The notes under the pieces were generated by a model, which ran no database searches, was not told where the DNA came from, and worked only from the letters and a program-made list of their open reading frames with translations. Below, one piece after another: positions 1 to 9,778 of a stretch of 64,000 bases of DNA. Positions within the stretch are counted from its first letter, which is position 1. The number at the start of each line of letters is the position of its first letter. A program made the translations under genes and the position numbers. Origin of the DNA: Phapecoctavirus 536P1; sequence record OZ035728.1. One strand, written 5' to 3'.

Positions 1-2
1 GT

Positions 3-2345
3 TTGTTAGATGATGAGGTGGCTTACGCAACAGCAGGTCAATCGTTAACAGGGATTAAAGCTCTGTATGATCCAGTAGCACAGTCTTCCTACACATTACC
101 TCCTAACATCACAGGAACTTTAACATCCTTGTCTGTTTCTGGAGTAATGACTTATTCTGGGGGGTCTGTAGATCTTTCTGCACTAGCTGTTGAACGTGGA
201 CAGTTTGTTCATTTGCCTACAAGCTTTGGTAATAACGTAACTCTGACAGCTAAAAATCAAACGATTGGACGTGGTGCTGGTCGTTATCGTTGGGCTGGAA
301 GTTTACCAAAAAGTATTTTGGCCTCCGATACATTGGAGACAAGCGGTGGATTAGGTCCAAATGCATGGGTTCTGACCAATACAGAAGGACTGTTAACCCC
401 TCGTGGTGGAACATACAACGATTTATTCGATGTTGTCTACTTGTCAGAATTTGCTAACAACACAACAACATATACCACACCAGAGGCAGCTTTCCAAGCG
501 GCACTGTTAGCAGCAAAAGCTTCGAAAAGCAAGATTCTCGATGCTTACGGTTGCGATATGACTTTCACGACAAGCTCTTTTGATATTCAAGGTATCACTT
601 TGCGTGGGGGTGTGTTCCGTGGTCAACGCGACTATCGTGTGCAAAATGCTACAGTAGAAGGCACAACTTTCCGTAACTCTCGTGTTATGTATTGGGGTGG
701 TGCTGTGCGCATGTTCGATTGTTTGTGGGACGGTGCTCCTCGCGCAGGTCAAGTTGGTAGCTTGGTATTCCAAGGCAACCCAATATCAGGTACTTTTGAA
801 ATTGATAACTGTACTTTTAAAAACGGGTTGTATGGCATCCTTCAACAAGGAACAGGGGAACCAGTAACACGTGGTGTCTTCCGTAACCTTACCTTCATGG
901 ACATGCAAGGTGATGCAATAGAACTGAACGTCATCAATAAACATTATGACGATGGTTGTGTGATTGAGAATATTTACCTGTCTAATATCGATGGGACTAA
1001 CGCTCCTATTCCTCTGTCCAACTGGGGTATCGGTATCGGTGTAGCTGGTAAAGGACCATATGGTTACGGAATCCCTGATGATCAATATTGCAAGAATATT
1101 ACAATTCGTAACGTTTTTGCAAAACGTTGTCGTCAGATTGTCCACGTAGAAGTTGGTCGTAATATCTCTATCGAAAACATTCATGGCGATCCAGACCAGA
1201 CCGTATCTGTTGGGACAGGTTTGGCAACTGGCGCAGTTGTAATGTATGGAAGTAAAGATTTTACGATTGACGGTGTTTACGGAGAGCCTAAAACAGACGG
1301 TAGCACACTTGCAAGTAATATCCGTATGATTTATTTGGAGTGGGGAACTAACGCAGTTCTGGACGGAGAGGGTAATCCGGTAGTTCCGGCACAGGGCAGA
1401 CCTTCAAATCCATGCTTTAACTATTCTGTTCGTAACATTCACACCAAAACTGGGCGTGTTTTTGCAGGAGTTTCCGCTGGGCCAGGTTATGAAAACAGAG
1501 TTAGCTTTGAAAATATTCGTTGCGCTGCATTGCAGTTGTTCGGTATAGCTTCTTGGCTTTCAATGTCTAACATCACCTGTAATATCTTCGATTGTGTTGG
1601 TCAACCTGAATCTGGTCCAGGGACATTTTATGATGGATTCTTCCGTAGAGAAAAATCTGTTCTTGAAATGGTTAACGTAAACTGTTACCCAGATGGCAAG
1701 ACGATGGTTACTGGTCGTCCACAGTGGAGCCGTTGCCGTTACTCGGATATTCATCGTGTCAACTGTAATGTTGAAGCTAATATGTATACCAATATCGCAG
1801 GTGGTATTGGAGCTATTGTAGGGACAACGGGCAAAGTTTATTACTTAGAGCCTAATCCTAGTCGAAACATTGATGGAATGCATTTCCCAACAGGGAAAGA
1901 GTTTGACAAAGGTGATATGATAGTCAAGGCGGATAATACGTTCTTCCTTGTAACAACAAGTGGGGCATATATTCCAGATATCCCAGCTTTCGGTATTCGA
2001 GCTACACAGGCAGGAGATACCTTCCTGACACAGAACTTGACTCCTAACGGGACAGCAACAAATGCTTCTTGGTTGTATCATTACCCTCTATCAGCAGGGA
2101 CACGTATCCGTATTCCTGGTGCTGGCGTAGGTGGAGCAGATTTGGACACAGTTATTACTCGTGCACCTTATCAAGATAATGATACGTGGACTAACCCAGT
2201 TAAAATAGACATTGCAGATCCAATTGTAACGCCTACAAGTGCTGGAGTTAGAATTAAAACCATACCTAATGATTCCAGTAATGTTTCTGTAGGTAATACT
2301 GCGGTTATTCGCCCAACGCCAGTAGTAGATGTGCCAACAACCTAA
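3..2345 (+). CDS. tail fibre / tailspike protein, 5' end cut by window edge
   Basis: 780-codon ORF open to window start; Gly/Thr/Asn-rich with beta-helix-like repeats; first of three consecutive fibre-like genes. Confidence 0.6.
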   Translation: MLDDEVAYATAGQSLTGIKALYDPVAQSSYTLPPNITGTLTSLSVSGVMTYSGGSVDLSALAVERGQFVHLPTSFGNNVTLTAKNQTIGRGAGRYRWAGSLPKSILASDTLETSGGLGPNAWVLTNTEGLLTPRGGTYNDLFDVVYLSEFANNTTTYTTPEAAFQAALLAAKASKSKILDAYGCDMTFTTSSFDIQGITLRGGVFRGQRDYRVQNATVEGTTFRNSRVMYWGGAVRMFDCLWDGAPRAGQVGSLVFQGNPISGTFEIDNCTFKNGLYGILQQGTGEPVTRGVFRNLTFMDMQGDAIELNVINKHYDDGCVIENIYLSNIDGTNAPIPLSNWGIGIGVAGKGPYGYGIPDDQYCKNITIRNVFAKRCRQIVHVEVGRNISIENIHGDPDQTVSVGTGLATGAVVMYGSKDFTIDGVYGEPKTDGSTLASNIRMIYLEWGTNAVLDGEGNPVVPAQGRPSNPCFNYSVRNIHTKTGRVFAGVSAGPGYENRVSFENIRCAALQLFGIASWLSMSNITCNIFDCVGQPESGPGTFYDGFFRREKSVLEMVNVNCYPDGKTMVTGRPQWSRCRYSDIHRVNCNVEANMYTNIAGGIGAIVGTTGKVYYLEPNPSRNIDGMHFPTGKEFDKGDMIVKADNTFFLVTTSGAYIPDIPAFGIRATQAGDTFLTQNLTPNGTATNASWLYHYPLSAGTRIRIPGAGVGGADLDTVITRAPYQDNDTWTNPVKIDIADPIVTPTSAGVRIKTIPNDSSNVSVGNTAVIRPTPVVDVPTT

Positions 2346-2351
2346 TGGAAT

Positions 2352-2376
2352 AGAGGGGGATTCCCCCTCTTCTTCC
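2352..2376 (+). terminator. GC hairpin AGAGGGGGA-TT-CCCCCTCT after fibre gene 1, weak T tract
   Basis: 9-bp inverted repeat directly after stop codon; near-identical palindrome recurs at 21546. Confidence 0.4.
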
Positions 2377-2406
2377 AATAGAATGGTCTAATGATAGGAG
2401 AGATAA

Positions 2407-4431
2407 ATGAATTTAACAAGACCTAATAGTGCGATAGCCGATCTGGTAGAAGCTACTTATCGAAAACGTCGCAGCTTTGAGGCAGGTTTTACATTACGTA
2501 ATTCCCGTGAAGTTTTGCTGTTAGCAGCAGAAGGGAATTATTACCAATGGAAAGGAACTTTTCCTAAAGTAGTTCCAGCAAACTCTACGCCAGCCACCAC
2601 AGGTGGTATTTCTTCCCTTGCATGGCAAAGTGTTGGGACCGCTGATGATATAGCAATTATCAATGCCAAGTTTACGGCAATGCAGCAACAGATTGATGAT
2701 CTGTCGGAAACAATACCTGAAGCTGGTAAATCGGCTTATCAGATCGCACTTGATAATGGTTTTGTTGGAACAGAAGCACAATGGCTTGCTTCTTTGAAAG
2801 GGGACACTGGTGCTCAACTTAATATTAAAGGATCATTAGCAAGCACTAGTGAACTACCATCCACAGGTAACGTTGCAGGGGATGGTTATATCGTAGGTGA
2901 TGTAATCTACGCTTGGGATGGTTCTGTTTGGAAACTTATTTCTTCTCTTGGACCAGAAGGGAAATCAGCTTATGAGGTATGGTTGGCAGATGGTAATACA
3001 GGATCTGTTTATGATTTTCTTACCTCTATAAAAGGTGATAAAGGTGATGTTGGTCCTACAGGGCCACAGGGAGCACCTGGTGTTAACGCCAACGGTTTTG
3101 ATTATCGTGGGGATTTGCCTTCTACAAGTAACTTACCACAACCTAACTCTGAAAACGTAAGCCAAGCTTATTCTATCAATGGTAATCTTTATGTCTCTAA
3201 CGGGACAGCTTGGGTCAACATGGGTAATATTGTTGGTCCTCAAGGTCCACAAGGTGAGGCAGGTAAAGACGGTCTTGATGGAACAGATGGAGATGAAGGG
3301 AAATCTGCATATCAAAGTTGGCTGGATGCTGGTAATGAAGGGACAGAAGTAGATTTTATTGCCTCACTTAAAGGTCCAAAAGGAGACAAGGGTGATCAAG
3401 GAGAGCGAGGTCCACAAGGTGAACTAGGTCCACAAGGACCAGTGGGTGCAACAGGATCAGGCTTAGAGATTATCGGGGTTCTGAACAGTGAAGCTGAACT
3501 TCCTCCTACTGGAGAAGTAGGCGATGCATATAAAATTAATAATGATTTGTATGTTTGGGTTCAAGATGCTACGGAATGGATGAATGTTGGCAGTCTTGGA
3601 GGAACATCAATTACAGCTAAAGGTCATGTTCCGAACAGTGAAGCTCTCCCTGTTTACAATAACTATGGCGATGCCTACTTAACTGAAGACACCAGTAATC
3701 TTTACATCTATACCTACGATCAAGACACCAATTCCGCATCTTTTGTTGACATGGGAAGTATTAAAGGCGACAAAGGTGAAAAAGGGGATAAAGGAGATAA
3801 GGGTGATCCTGGAACAAACGGAACCAACGGTACTGATGGAACCAACGGTAAGGACGGCGCACAGTGGTTTGTAGCAACAACTAATCCAGTCGCAGGTGAT
3901 GGTGTTATCAATGATTACGCTTTCAATACTACCACTGGAGCAGTGTTTAAGAAAACAGATTCTTCTGCATGGACACTTATAGGAACTCTTCCTAGTATAC
4001 CAGAAGCACCTCAAGACGGCTTGACGTATGGTCGTTCTGATGGGAACTGGATCGAAATATCAGGATCAGATCCTACAGAAGCTATAACACCAACTAGAGT
4101 TACAGCAGGTTTCATGGAACTTGAAACAACTACTGCCAACTCTGGAGCATCTTGGACTCCTTCTGGAACTTCCAATATGTATGTTGTTACAGTAACTGAC
4201 GCTCTGACAGTTGGAGCATGGCCTGGTGTCACTGGATCTACAAAACCTAAAGCATTTTCAGCAATGATTTATTTGATTCAAGATACAACGGGACACACGG
4301 TTACACTAGATGCGTCTTATGGAGCACTGAATGATACAGAAATAGCAACTACTGCTAACGCAGTAACAATTTTGCAATTAACGTATCCTGGTGTGGGTAA
4401 TATCGTGGACATGGTTGTTGTAACACGATAA
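2407..4431 (+). CDS. tail fibre protein with collagen-like G-X-Y repeats
   Basis: 674 aa; runs such as GDKGDVGPTGPQGAPG, GPKGDKGDQGERGPQGELGPQGPVG, GDKGEKGDKGDKGDPGTNGTNGTDG; SD AGGAGAG upstream of ATG. Confidence 0.75.
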   Translation: MNLTRPNSAIADLVEATYRKRRSFEAGFTLRNSREVLLLAAEGNYYQWKGTFPKVVPANSTPATTGGISSLAWQSVGTADDIAIINAKFTAMQQQIDDLSETIPEAGKSAYQIALDNGFVGTEAQWLASLKGDTGAQLNIKGSLASTSELPSTGNVAGDGYIVGDVIYAWDGSVWKLISSLGPEGKSAYEVWLADGNTGSVYDFLTSIKGDKGDVGPTGPQGAPGVNANGFDYRGDLPSTSNLPQPNSENVSQAYSINGNLYVSNGTAWVNMGNIVGPQGPQGEAGKDGLDGTDGDEGKSAYQSWLDAGNEGTEVDFIASLKGPKGDKGDQGERGPQGELGPQGPVGATGSGLEIIGVLNSEAELPPTGEVGDAYKINNDLYVWVQDATEWMNVGSLGGTSITAKGHVPNSEALPVYNNYGDAYLTEDTSNLYIYTYDQDTNSASFVDMGSIKGDKGEKGDKGDKGDPGTNGTNGTDGTNGKDGAQWFVATTNPVAGDGVINDYAFNTTTGAVFKKTDSSAWTLIGTLPSIPEAPQDGLTYGRSDGNWIEISGSDPTEAITPTRVTAGFMELETTTANSGASWTPSGTSNMYVVTVTDALTVGAWPGVTGSTKPKAFSAMIYLIQDTTGHTVTLDASYGALNDTEIATTANAVTILQLTYPGVGNIVDMVVVTR

Positions 4432-4435
4432 CAGA

Positions 4436-4459
4436 AGCCCCGAAAGGGGCTTTCTTTTT
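4436..4459 (+). terminator. intrinsic terminator
   Basis: AGCCCC-GAAA-GGGGCT hairpin followed by TTTCTTTTT immediately after stop of collagen-like fibre gene. Confidence 0.75.
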
Positions 4460-4472
4460 ATGGAGGGTTTAA

Positions 4473-7145
4473 ATGTTTCCAATTCCAATATTTACTATTA
4501 TGACCAGCACTGGTGTCGTTCCTCTGCCAGCAGGTATTGTTAAAAAAGTAATTACTTTAGATTACCCAGATAATGCTGGTAATTCTAACAGTAGTTTAGC
4601 AATTTTGCTTAATGATGGTAGATTGTTTACTCAAGGCGCAAACCTCTTTGGTGAGATTGCAGATGGAACTCGTAGTGCACGATTCAATAATTTCCACTTA
4701 GCTTCTACTGTAGTAGCGGATGTGTTTACCGCAGATCGTTGTTTTGTTATTAAAACTAACAGTGGGGGATGGCAATATTCAGGATTGACAGCAGGGTTGG
4801 TAGGATCTATAGCAGCAGGTGGTACGGATGCATGTGTAACTACTTGGACCAGCTTTCCATCTGTAATAACAGGGACTATTTCTTTAGCCAATCTTAAAGA
4901 GGTTAAAGGAGGGTATAACAATACTCTCTGGTTAATGAATAGCGGTGTTCTTTATGGATCGGGTCAAAACACAGTAGGCAGTTTAGGTGCAAGCACTACT
5001 AACGAAGTTTCTACTCCTCGTCAGATAACAAGCGCAGCAGTTGCTTTTGATGCAGGTTACAACCAATGCTCTTATGTCAACAATGTGGGAACCTTGCGTG
5101 TTTGTGGAGCTAGTAAAGGTTTAGCAGGTAATAATAACACAACAACCGCTTTTGTCAATGCCAAGATATCCACTACTGAAACAGTGTATGTCAAAGATTA
5201 CATCAATACAGTTTCCCAGACAATAGTTGTAGGAGATACCTCCGGTGGTACGGGTACGGTAAACTACTTGTATGTTAGGTCTAATACAGAAACAACCTAC
5301 ACTAAACTGGATACCTTTGCAGCAGGTTTCTCAACATGGAAGTTTCCACCAAGCCGCCACTCTTTTTTCGTTGGTATTAATAATTCCTTGTGGGCTATTG
5401 GTAAGAACTATACGGCAAACTTAGGTTTGGGGTATGATTCTGCGAGCGGAGATCCACTTCAAGTGGGAAAACCAGTTAAACCTGAAGGAGTGGGTTCCTG
5501 GGATATAAACAAGCTCACAAGCGTTCATACGCTGAATATGGATGTTACTAACCAATTAGGTTATCAAGGAACCTTTTTCGTTTATAATGGAGATATGTAT
5601 TATTCCGGTATTTGGAAAGATGGGAAAGCCTCGTATCTGTTCAATAGTGGTCTAAACTATAATAAATTCACACCAATAGCAAGCTCCGTGATTACGGGTG
5701 ATATTCTGGCAACTGGCTTAACTACAGATTCTTTAGGAATTTGTATTGTAGGTGGAACTAAACAGTTGACACATTCTGTTAGCCCAGAAGGAGGTAAACT
5801 TTTCAATATTAAATACACTTCTTCTGCCCCTGCAAACATGACAATATCATCTACTGGTTTAATGACTTTCCATGCAGAAGGTGGTTTTGATGCAGGTATG
5901 ACAGCCTTAAACGCTGAAGGAACAACTTTATCAGATACCTCTGGAGGATATGCTTCAACATTGAGTGTTTACACCCCTAGCTTATCTGCGATGGATGTAG
6001 GAACAACACAAACAATGGTAGCAGAAATAACGCCAACAGGAGCAGCAAGCTTACCTGGTATGGTTGTTGAGTATACAACTACAGATCCTAATGTTGCTAC
6101 AGTAGATCCTACAACTGGTGTAATAACTGGTGTTGGTGATGGTGGTTGTAGAATTGGTTGCACAGCTACGTATCAAGGTGTTGTTACCGCTTCTGATAGT
6201 TCTTATTTAACGGTGAATGCTGTTGCGGGAAAGGAGTTAGCTCCATCTCCGAGTAGTAGCTTAACGGTTCTAAACGGATATTTCAACCACTCGGCAGATG
6301 GGGCAATTACATTCCCAATTTTATCGGGTACTGTCACACCAGCTAACTTTGTAGTTAAGGTGGATGACGTTGTAATACCTTCAAATAAAGTAATATTTAG
6401 AAATAAAGCTTTCTCTACAGTGGATAGTTATCCAGCAGGAGAATATAGACTGGCTATTGAATTTGCAAGTGCTTCAGTAGTGAATAGTGTTGATGTGTCT
6501 ATGGAAGCAAATCCAGATCTTTTAGAATTATGGGGCGGCAACAGAATTGGTTATTCTACAAGCCCAGCCTCACAATTCTTAAAAGGTTGTGCTAACTTAA
6601 GACGAATAACTTCTGATTGTTTTAGTAACACATCTTACACCGGAACATCTATAAGTGGTATCTTCTCTGGCTGTACAAGTTTGACAGCTATCCCTGAAGG
6701 ATTATTCAGTGATGCTTTATTTCCTTCAATGACAACAATGTCAAGCACGTTTGAAGGCTGTACATCTTTAACATCTATTCCTTCAGATTTATTTAAGAAT
6801 CTATCAAAAGTTACAAGATATTCTTACACCTTTAAAGATTGCACCTCTCTTGCAGAAGTTCCAGCAGGAATGTTTGATAATATTCCAACGAAAGTGACCT
6901 CCTTAACAGCTACATTCCAAGGTTGTTTAGCACTTACAGATTTTAATAAAATCTTTAATGACAATCCAGGGTTAACTGTTTGTGGTAAACGTGGAGCATT
7001 ATCTTCTTTCTTTAGTGGATGCACAAATCTTACAGGAACAGGAACAACATTAACAAATACATTAGGCGGAGTAGCTAATAGTTACCTATTCAGGTATTGC
7101 ACAAAACTTTCTGATTATAACAACATTCCTTCGGGTTATAAATAA
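4473..7145 (+). CDS. tail fibre / receptor-binding protein with Ig-like (Big_2-type) domain and C-terminal BspA-type leucine-rich repeats
   Basis: 890 aa; Ig-like segment (TTDPNVATVDPTTGVITGVGDGG) and repeated GCTSLTxIP units near C-terminus; SD GGAGGG upstream. Confidence 0.6.
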   Translation: MFPIPIFTIMTSTGVVPLPAGIVKKVITLDYPDNAGNSNSSLAILLNDGRLFTQGANLFGEIADGTRSARFNNFHLASTVVADVFTADRCFVIKTNSGGWQYSGLTAGLVGSIAAGGTDACVTTWTSFPSVITGTISLANLKEVKGGYNNTLWLMNSGVLYGSGQNTVGSLGASTTNEVSTPRQITSAAVAFDAGYNQCSYVNNVGTLRVCGASKGLAGNNNTTTAFVNAKISTTETVYVKDYINTVSQTIVVGDTSGGTGTVNYLYVRSNTETTYTKLDTFAAGFSTWKFPPSRHSFFVGINNSLWAIGKNYTANLGLGYDSASGDPLQVGKPVKPEGVGSWDINKLTSVHTLNMDVTNQLGYQGTFFVYNGDMYYSGIWKDGKASYLFNSGLNYNKFTPIASSVITGDILATGLTTDSLGICIVGGTKQLTHSVSPEGGKLFNIKYTSSAPANMTISSTGLMTFHAEGGFDAGMTALNAEGTTLSDTSGGYASTLSVYTPSLSAMDVGTTQTMVAEITPTGAASLPGMVVEYTTTDPNVATVDPTTGVITGVGDGGCRIGCTATYQGVVTASDSSYLTVNAVAGKELAPSPSSSLTVLNGYFNHSADGAITFPILSGTVTPANFVVKVDDVVIPSNKVIFRNKAFSTVDSYPAGEYRLAIEFASASVVNSVDVSMEANPDLLELWGGNRIGYSTSPASQFLKGCANLRRITSDCFSNTSYTGTSISGIFSGCTSLTAIPEGLFSDALFPSMTTMSSTFEGCTSLTSIPSDLFKNLSKVTRYSYTFKDCTSLAEVPAGMFDNIPTKVTSLTATFQGCLALTDFNKIFNDNPGLTVCGKRGALSSFFSGCTNLTGTGTTLTNTLGGVANSYLFRYCTKLSDYNNIPSGYK

Positions 7146-7147
7146 GA

Positions 7148-7174
7148 AAAGGAGCCATTTGGCTCCTTTCTTTT
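7148..7174 (+). terminator. intrinsic terminator, probably bidirectional (ends fibre operon; faces end of minus-strand block)
   Basis: AAAGGAGCC-ATTT-GGCTCCTTT hairpin with TTCTTTTATT tail. Confidence 0.7.
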
Positions 7175-7209
7175 ATTCAGCGTTCAACCTCACACACTTG
7201 AAACAAACC

Positions 7210-8142
7210 TTAGAAGCAATGCAGGAAGTTTCGACCATATTGCAGTCCAATAGGAGCAAATGGAATATCATCGTCGAAGTCCATTGGAGGTTCTTCTTGA
7301 TTACTTGGAGTTGGTTCTGGTTGTGGTTCAGGCTTCTTAACTTCTTTCTTCTCTTCTTTCTTAGGTTGTTCTGCGGAACCACGAATGGCAGCAGCAACTT
7401 TATCAGACAGAGCCAGAACTTTACGAGCAGAATCAATCAGATCTTCTACAGAGACAGTCTTAATGGTATGGTCTTTACAAGCATTGAGAATAGCGTGACC
7501 AACAGATGCCCCAAGATCATAATCATTAATATCAACGCCACGAGATTCAGCAATTTCCGATTTCAGCGTGACAGTTGCAGATTGAACAACCCCAGCGATA
7601 TCGAAAGCATCGCCTTTAACACCATTACGAATCAGTTCCAGTGCACCATTTACTGCGTGACCAGTTTCCAGACCTACAGTATCACGTTTTTTATAGGGTT
7701 GCTTAGGAGCAGCATCGTTGGAACCCTTATTGCCAGAAGCTTTGTTAGACTTCTGAACACCATCGGTAGACAATACTGTAATACGAGATTTTTTAGTATT
7801 GTAGTAAGTTTTACCGCCTTTATTGTCAACGCGATCAATATCAATACTTACTTCTACACCTTTTTCAATAGTGATCCAGTTATCACCTTCTTTGACTTGC
7901 AGGTTTTCATAACCCTCTTTCAGTTCAATGTCACCAAGAGAAATCCAAACACCTTTCTCCTCTGGTTTAGCACCTTTCTCTTTCAGAACAAGAGAAGCTC
8001 GGTGAGTTGAAACAATCGTTTTTCCTTCCCAATGAAAAGTTTTAGGTTCAGCGAATTTATCCAGTTTAACGTAGTCTACGATACCAGTTGCATAAGTTAC
8101 GGTTTTGCCTTTACGATCAGTTTCAGTATTAATTACGGACAT
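7210..8142 (-). CDS. ssb: single-stranded DNA-binding protein with E. coli SSB-like acidic C-terminal tip (DFDDDIPF)
   Basis: 310 aa; C-terminus ...PMDFDDDIPF matches SSB C-terminal tip; Pro/Glu/Lys-rich linker; SD GAGGAG. Confidence 0.6.
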   Translation of the reverse strand: MSVINTETDRKGKTVTYATGIVDYVKLDKFAEPKTFHWEGKTIVSTHRASLVLKEKGAKPEEKGVWISLGDIELKEGYENLQVKEGDNWITIEKGVEVSIDIDRVDNKGGKTYYNTKKSRITVLSTDGVQKSNKASGNKGSNDAAPKQPYKKRDTVGLETGHAVNGALELIRNGVKGDAFDIAGVVQSATVTLKSEIAESRGVDINDYDLGASVGHAILNACKDHTIKTVSVEDLIDSARKVLALSDKVAAAIRGSAEQPKKEEKKEVKKPEPQPEPTPSNQEEPPMDFDDDIPFAPIGLQYGRNFLHCF

Positions 8143-8158
8143 TATTATCTCCTCTATA

Positions 8159-8551
8159 TTACATTAATTTTGCACAGAAAGAGCGGAGTCTTTCCATATC
8201 ATCTTGCTCTAACAGGTATTTACCTTTACCTATTCCAACTCCAATTTCACCGTTAGGGAAATGAACTATTTGCACTGGGAAACCTCCGAGTTTAATTGTG
8301 GCAGCTTTGCCTTCTTCGTCTATAACGTTTCGGATTGTATCTTGCAGTGAAATGAATTCTTTGTTTGTAACAGTGGTTTCAATTATTTCAGATGTTTCGA
8401 CACGAGCAGTTAGCTTCTTGTTTCCACCTTGAATAACCAAAATTTGAAAATAAAAAGAGTTGTCAAGACCTACAACATTTTTCTCAACTAGTGTCAAACT
8501 GGTATAGTTTCCATAAACAGTTTCAACAGCTATCTTAGAACGTTCAGTCAT
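8159..8551 (-). CDS. hypothetical protein
   Basis: 130-aa ORF in operon frame between ssb and nucleotidyltransferase; no motif recognised. Confidence 0.55.
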   Translation of the reverse strand: MTERSKIAVETVYGNYTSLTLVEKNVVGLDNSFYFQILVIQGGNKKLTARVETSEIIETTVTNKEFISLQDTIRNVIDEEGKAATIKLGGFPVQIVHFPNGEIGVGIGKGKYLLEQDDMERLRSFCAKLM

Positions 8552-8596
8552 TGAATGCTATCCTATCATAAAATGTTTAATATTGTCAAGCTTTAA

Positions 8597-9190
8597 TTAC
8601 CAAGGAATATCATCTTCTTCCAATCTGGTATCTACTTGAGGTGGACGTGGAACCTTAACCTCTTTCACAAAACGAAGATATGGGAAACGTGTAGCAATTT
8701 TAATAACATGTTTGGCATCTTCTCTAACATCTTTGTGCAAGAAGCAGATCCCTGTTTCCAAGGTTGTTTCAAAATCTTTAGAATAATAACAGTCCTTCCC
8801 ATCAAATGCAGCCTGGCAGATGGACAGATCGAACTCATTTAGAAAGGTTGTCATTACGCTTGGTTCCATAATCATAAGGTTGCAAAGCTGACCATCACGT
8901 TCAAACTCAAAAACGTGTTTAAGACCAGTAACACCTTCATAATTGTCAGAAGCCTCTTTGTTTCCTAGTTTACGAATATTGGTTCCCATTAAAGCAGATG
9001 CAATTAATCCTTGTATTTGTTCTTCAGTCCGATGTGCAGGAAGGGACGTATAGAAATCCAGATCACGTCCAGCAATATCAAGAATACGCCAATCACGAAC
9101 AGCACCGCCAGCCAAGACAGAATTAGGATCAGCGATCTTTAATACGGTAAGAATTTCTTTGGCAATATTGATTTGTTTTGATTTAGTCAT
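8597..9190 (-). CDS. minimal nucleotidyltransferase (Pol-beta superfamily, tRNA CCA-adding-enzyme head-like) with SSB-tip-like C-terminus
   Basis: 197 aa; motif LAGGAVRDW...DIAGRDLDF (G[SG]xVRD ... DxD); C-terminus ...LEEDDIPW resembles SSB tip. Confidence 0.55.
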   Translation of the reverse strand: MTKSKQINIAKEILTVLKIADPNSVLAGGAVRDWRILDIAGRDLDFYTSLPAHRTEEQIQGLIASALMGTNIRKLGNKEASDNYEGVTGLKHVFEFERDGQLCNLMIMEPSVMTTFLNEFDLSICQAAFDGKDCYYSKDFETTLETGICFLHKDVREDAKHVIKIATRFPYLRFVKEVKVPRPPQVDTRLEEDDIPW

Positions 9191-9401
9191 TGATACGCTC
9201 CACAGTTACTTTTACAACATCGTCCATATTAATCTCATCCCCCAAGACCTCAATAACACCTTCCTCATAAAGTCGAGCACATTCTTCCCACACTTCAGCT
9301 TCCGTCATTCCACCTGCAATCTTATTTGCAAGACCTTTAATAACATCTTCATTTTGTTCATCAACAAGAATTGAAACATTAAAGCTCACTAATTTACGCA
9401 T
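9183..9401 (-). CDS. hypothetical small acidic protein
   Basis: 72 aa, SD AAGGAG 6 nt upstream of ATG. Confidence 0.55.
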   Translation of the reverse strand: MRKLVSFNVSILVDEQNEDVIKGLANKIAGGMTEAEVWEECARLYEEGVIEVLGDEINMDDVVKVTVERIND

Positions 9402-9411
9402 TGTTTTCTCC

Positions 9412-9579
9412 TTATACTTCTAAACGGAAAGTTTCTTTAGATACAAAATCGTATCCACCTTTTTCAAGCCAATCATTGTAAACCTCATCAGCTTGAGACT
9501 CTATCATAAAATACCGAGTGGTAACTTCGTCTCCGACAATACGCACAATTTTATAGCAAATCATGATACCATTTCCCAT
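9412..9579 (-). CDS. hypothetical small protein (55 aa)
   Basis: ATG overlaps stop of upstream gene (TAATG); ends just before SD of next gene; below ORF-track size cutoff. Confidence 0.35.
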   Translation of the reverse strand: MGNGIMICYKIVRIVGDEVTTRYFMIESQADEVYNDWLEKGGYDFVSKETFRLEV

Positions 9580-9770
9580 TAATCTTCCTCCAGATCAATT
9601 TCATTATAACAATGTATACAGAAACCATCATTGTGCATATGTTGTTCATAAGACATATCTTTACCACAAGACCAACAACGGATATCCCCATCGTCCCATT
9701 CACGTTCTTCTTCGCCTTCAAATTCATTTGGTAGGTAAGGCATACCAAAATAATCTAAATCGTAACTCAT
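9579..9770 (-). CDS. small acidic zinc-ribbon-like protein
   Basis: CWSCG...CIHC pattern; start placed at internal ATG with SD AGGAG (track ORF begins at upstream GTG 9791). Confidence 0.5.
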   Translation of the reverse strand: MSYDLDYFGMPYLPNEFEGEEEREWDDGDIRCWSCGKDMSYEQHMHNDGFCIHCYNEIDLEED

Positions 9771-9778
9771 ATCTTCTC

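Noticed and set aside
7159-8010. 283-aa plus-strand ORF
   Set aside because: Antisense shadow of the SSB gene; low-complexity Phe/Leu-rich translation and no SD.
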